Assembly: GCA_049966395.1 (NCBI GenBank)
Contig: JBMFUT010000025.1
Coordinates: 1 to 6,778, forward strand
Reading direction: 5' to 3'
DNA: 6,778 nucleotides
Source of the DNA: Candidatus Micrarchaeia archaeon
GTDB lineage: Archaea > Micrarchaeota > Micrarchaeia > Micrarchaeales > CABMGC01
Both the position numbers and the translations under genes were made by a program. The notes beneath the pieces are model-generated. The model saw only the letters and a list, made by a program, of their open reading frames with translations. It ran no database searches and was not told where the DNA came from. Shown one piece after another: positions 6,498 through 6,778 of the stretch. Numbering within the stretch: position 1 is the first letter of the stretch; every line of letters starts with the position of its first letter.

Positions 6498-6556
6498 TAG
6501 TCTCGAGACTTTATACTGGCCCACATGCACACGTTTATGCAAAACCATAAAGGTTT

Positions 6557-6778
6557 TGAGGTGATCTATCCGCAGGTTCCCCTACGGATACCTTGTTATA
6601 ACTTAGCCCTCCTCATAGAACTCTAGTTCGAAAATGCTCAACGCATTGCCTCACTAGAACCCCACTTGGGTGACTTGATAGGCGGTGTGTGCAAGGAGCG
6701 GGGACATATTCACCGCTCGATGGTGACAAGCGATTACTAGGGATTCCAGCTTCATGAGGGTGAGTTTCAACCCTCAAT
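6557..6778 (-). rRNA. rrs: Archaeal 16S rRNA gene, 3' portion (about h42-h45), truncated by the window edge. The exact 3' end is approximate.
   Basis: The reverse complement reads ...GAAGCTGGAATCCCTAGTAATCGC...GGTGAATATGTCCCCGCTCCTTGCACACACCGCC...AACAAGGTATCCGTAGGGGAACCTGCGGATAGATCACCTC. This includes the archaeal CTCCTTGCACACACC signature and h45 with the GGAA loop. Confidence 0.98.

Noticed and set aside
6378..6556. tRNA-Ala, 5S rRNA or 23S start in the spacer after the 16S
   Set aside because: No cloverleaf, T-loop consensus or rRNA signature is visible by eye. tRNAscan-SE/Infernal would be decisive.
1..6778. CRISPR array, rRNA intron or defence system
   Set aside because: No regularly spaced repeats were seen, the 16S segment is collinear with the canonical sequence without insertion, and no defence-type domains were recognised.

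Overview
Archaeal window of mostly housekeeping genes. Left to right: a probable IS200/IS605-family transposon end (1-54), a Thr-type sulfatase-like (alkaline phosphatase superfamily) enzyme, a membrane-anchored CPYC thioredoxin-like protein (DUF929-like), an HTH-XRE + CBS-pair regulator divergent from the archaeal-type SAM synthetase (mat), the tuf (EF-1A)-rps10 pair, a low-GC 89-aa orphan membrane ORF, and the 3' ~220 nt of a 16S rRNA gene (minus strand) with no tRNA or 23S directly downstream. EF-1A lacks the TACK/eukaryote-type insertion. The divergent, unlinked 16S suggests a DPANN archaeon such as Micrarchaeota, but this is inference only. I see no clear new multi-gene machine. The most notable signals are: (i) a candidate adenosyl/SAM-sensing divergon, where the regulator and mat share one palindromic TATA box and a perfect AATAATTAC-N5-GTAATTATT operator-like site; (ii) compensatory replacement of two near-universal decoding-centre pairs in h44 (C1404-G1497 to U-A, G1405-C1496 to A-U), which also breaks the 1392R and 1492R primer sites; (iii) an anti-SD lacking the CCUCC core, matched by GGTGA/GTGAT-type ribosome binding sites; (iv) a structured, possibly bistable 5' leader on tuf-rps10. 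All calls were made by eye without searches.
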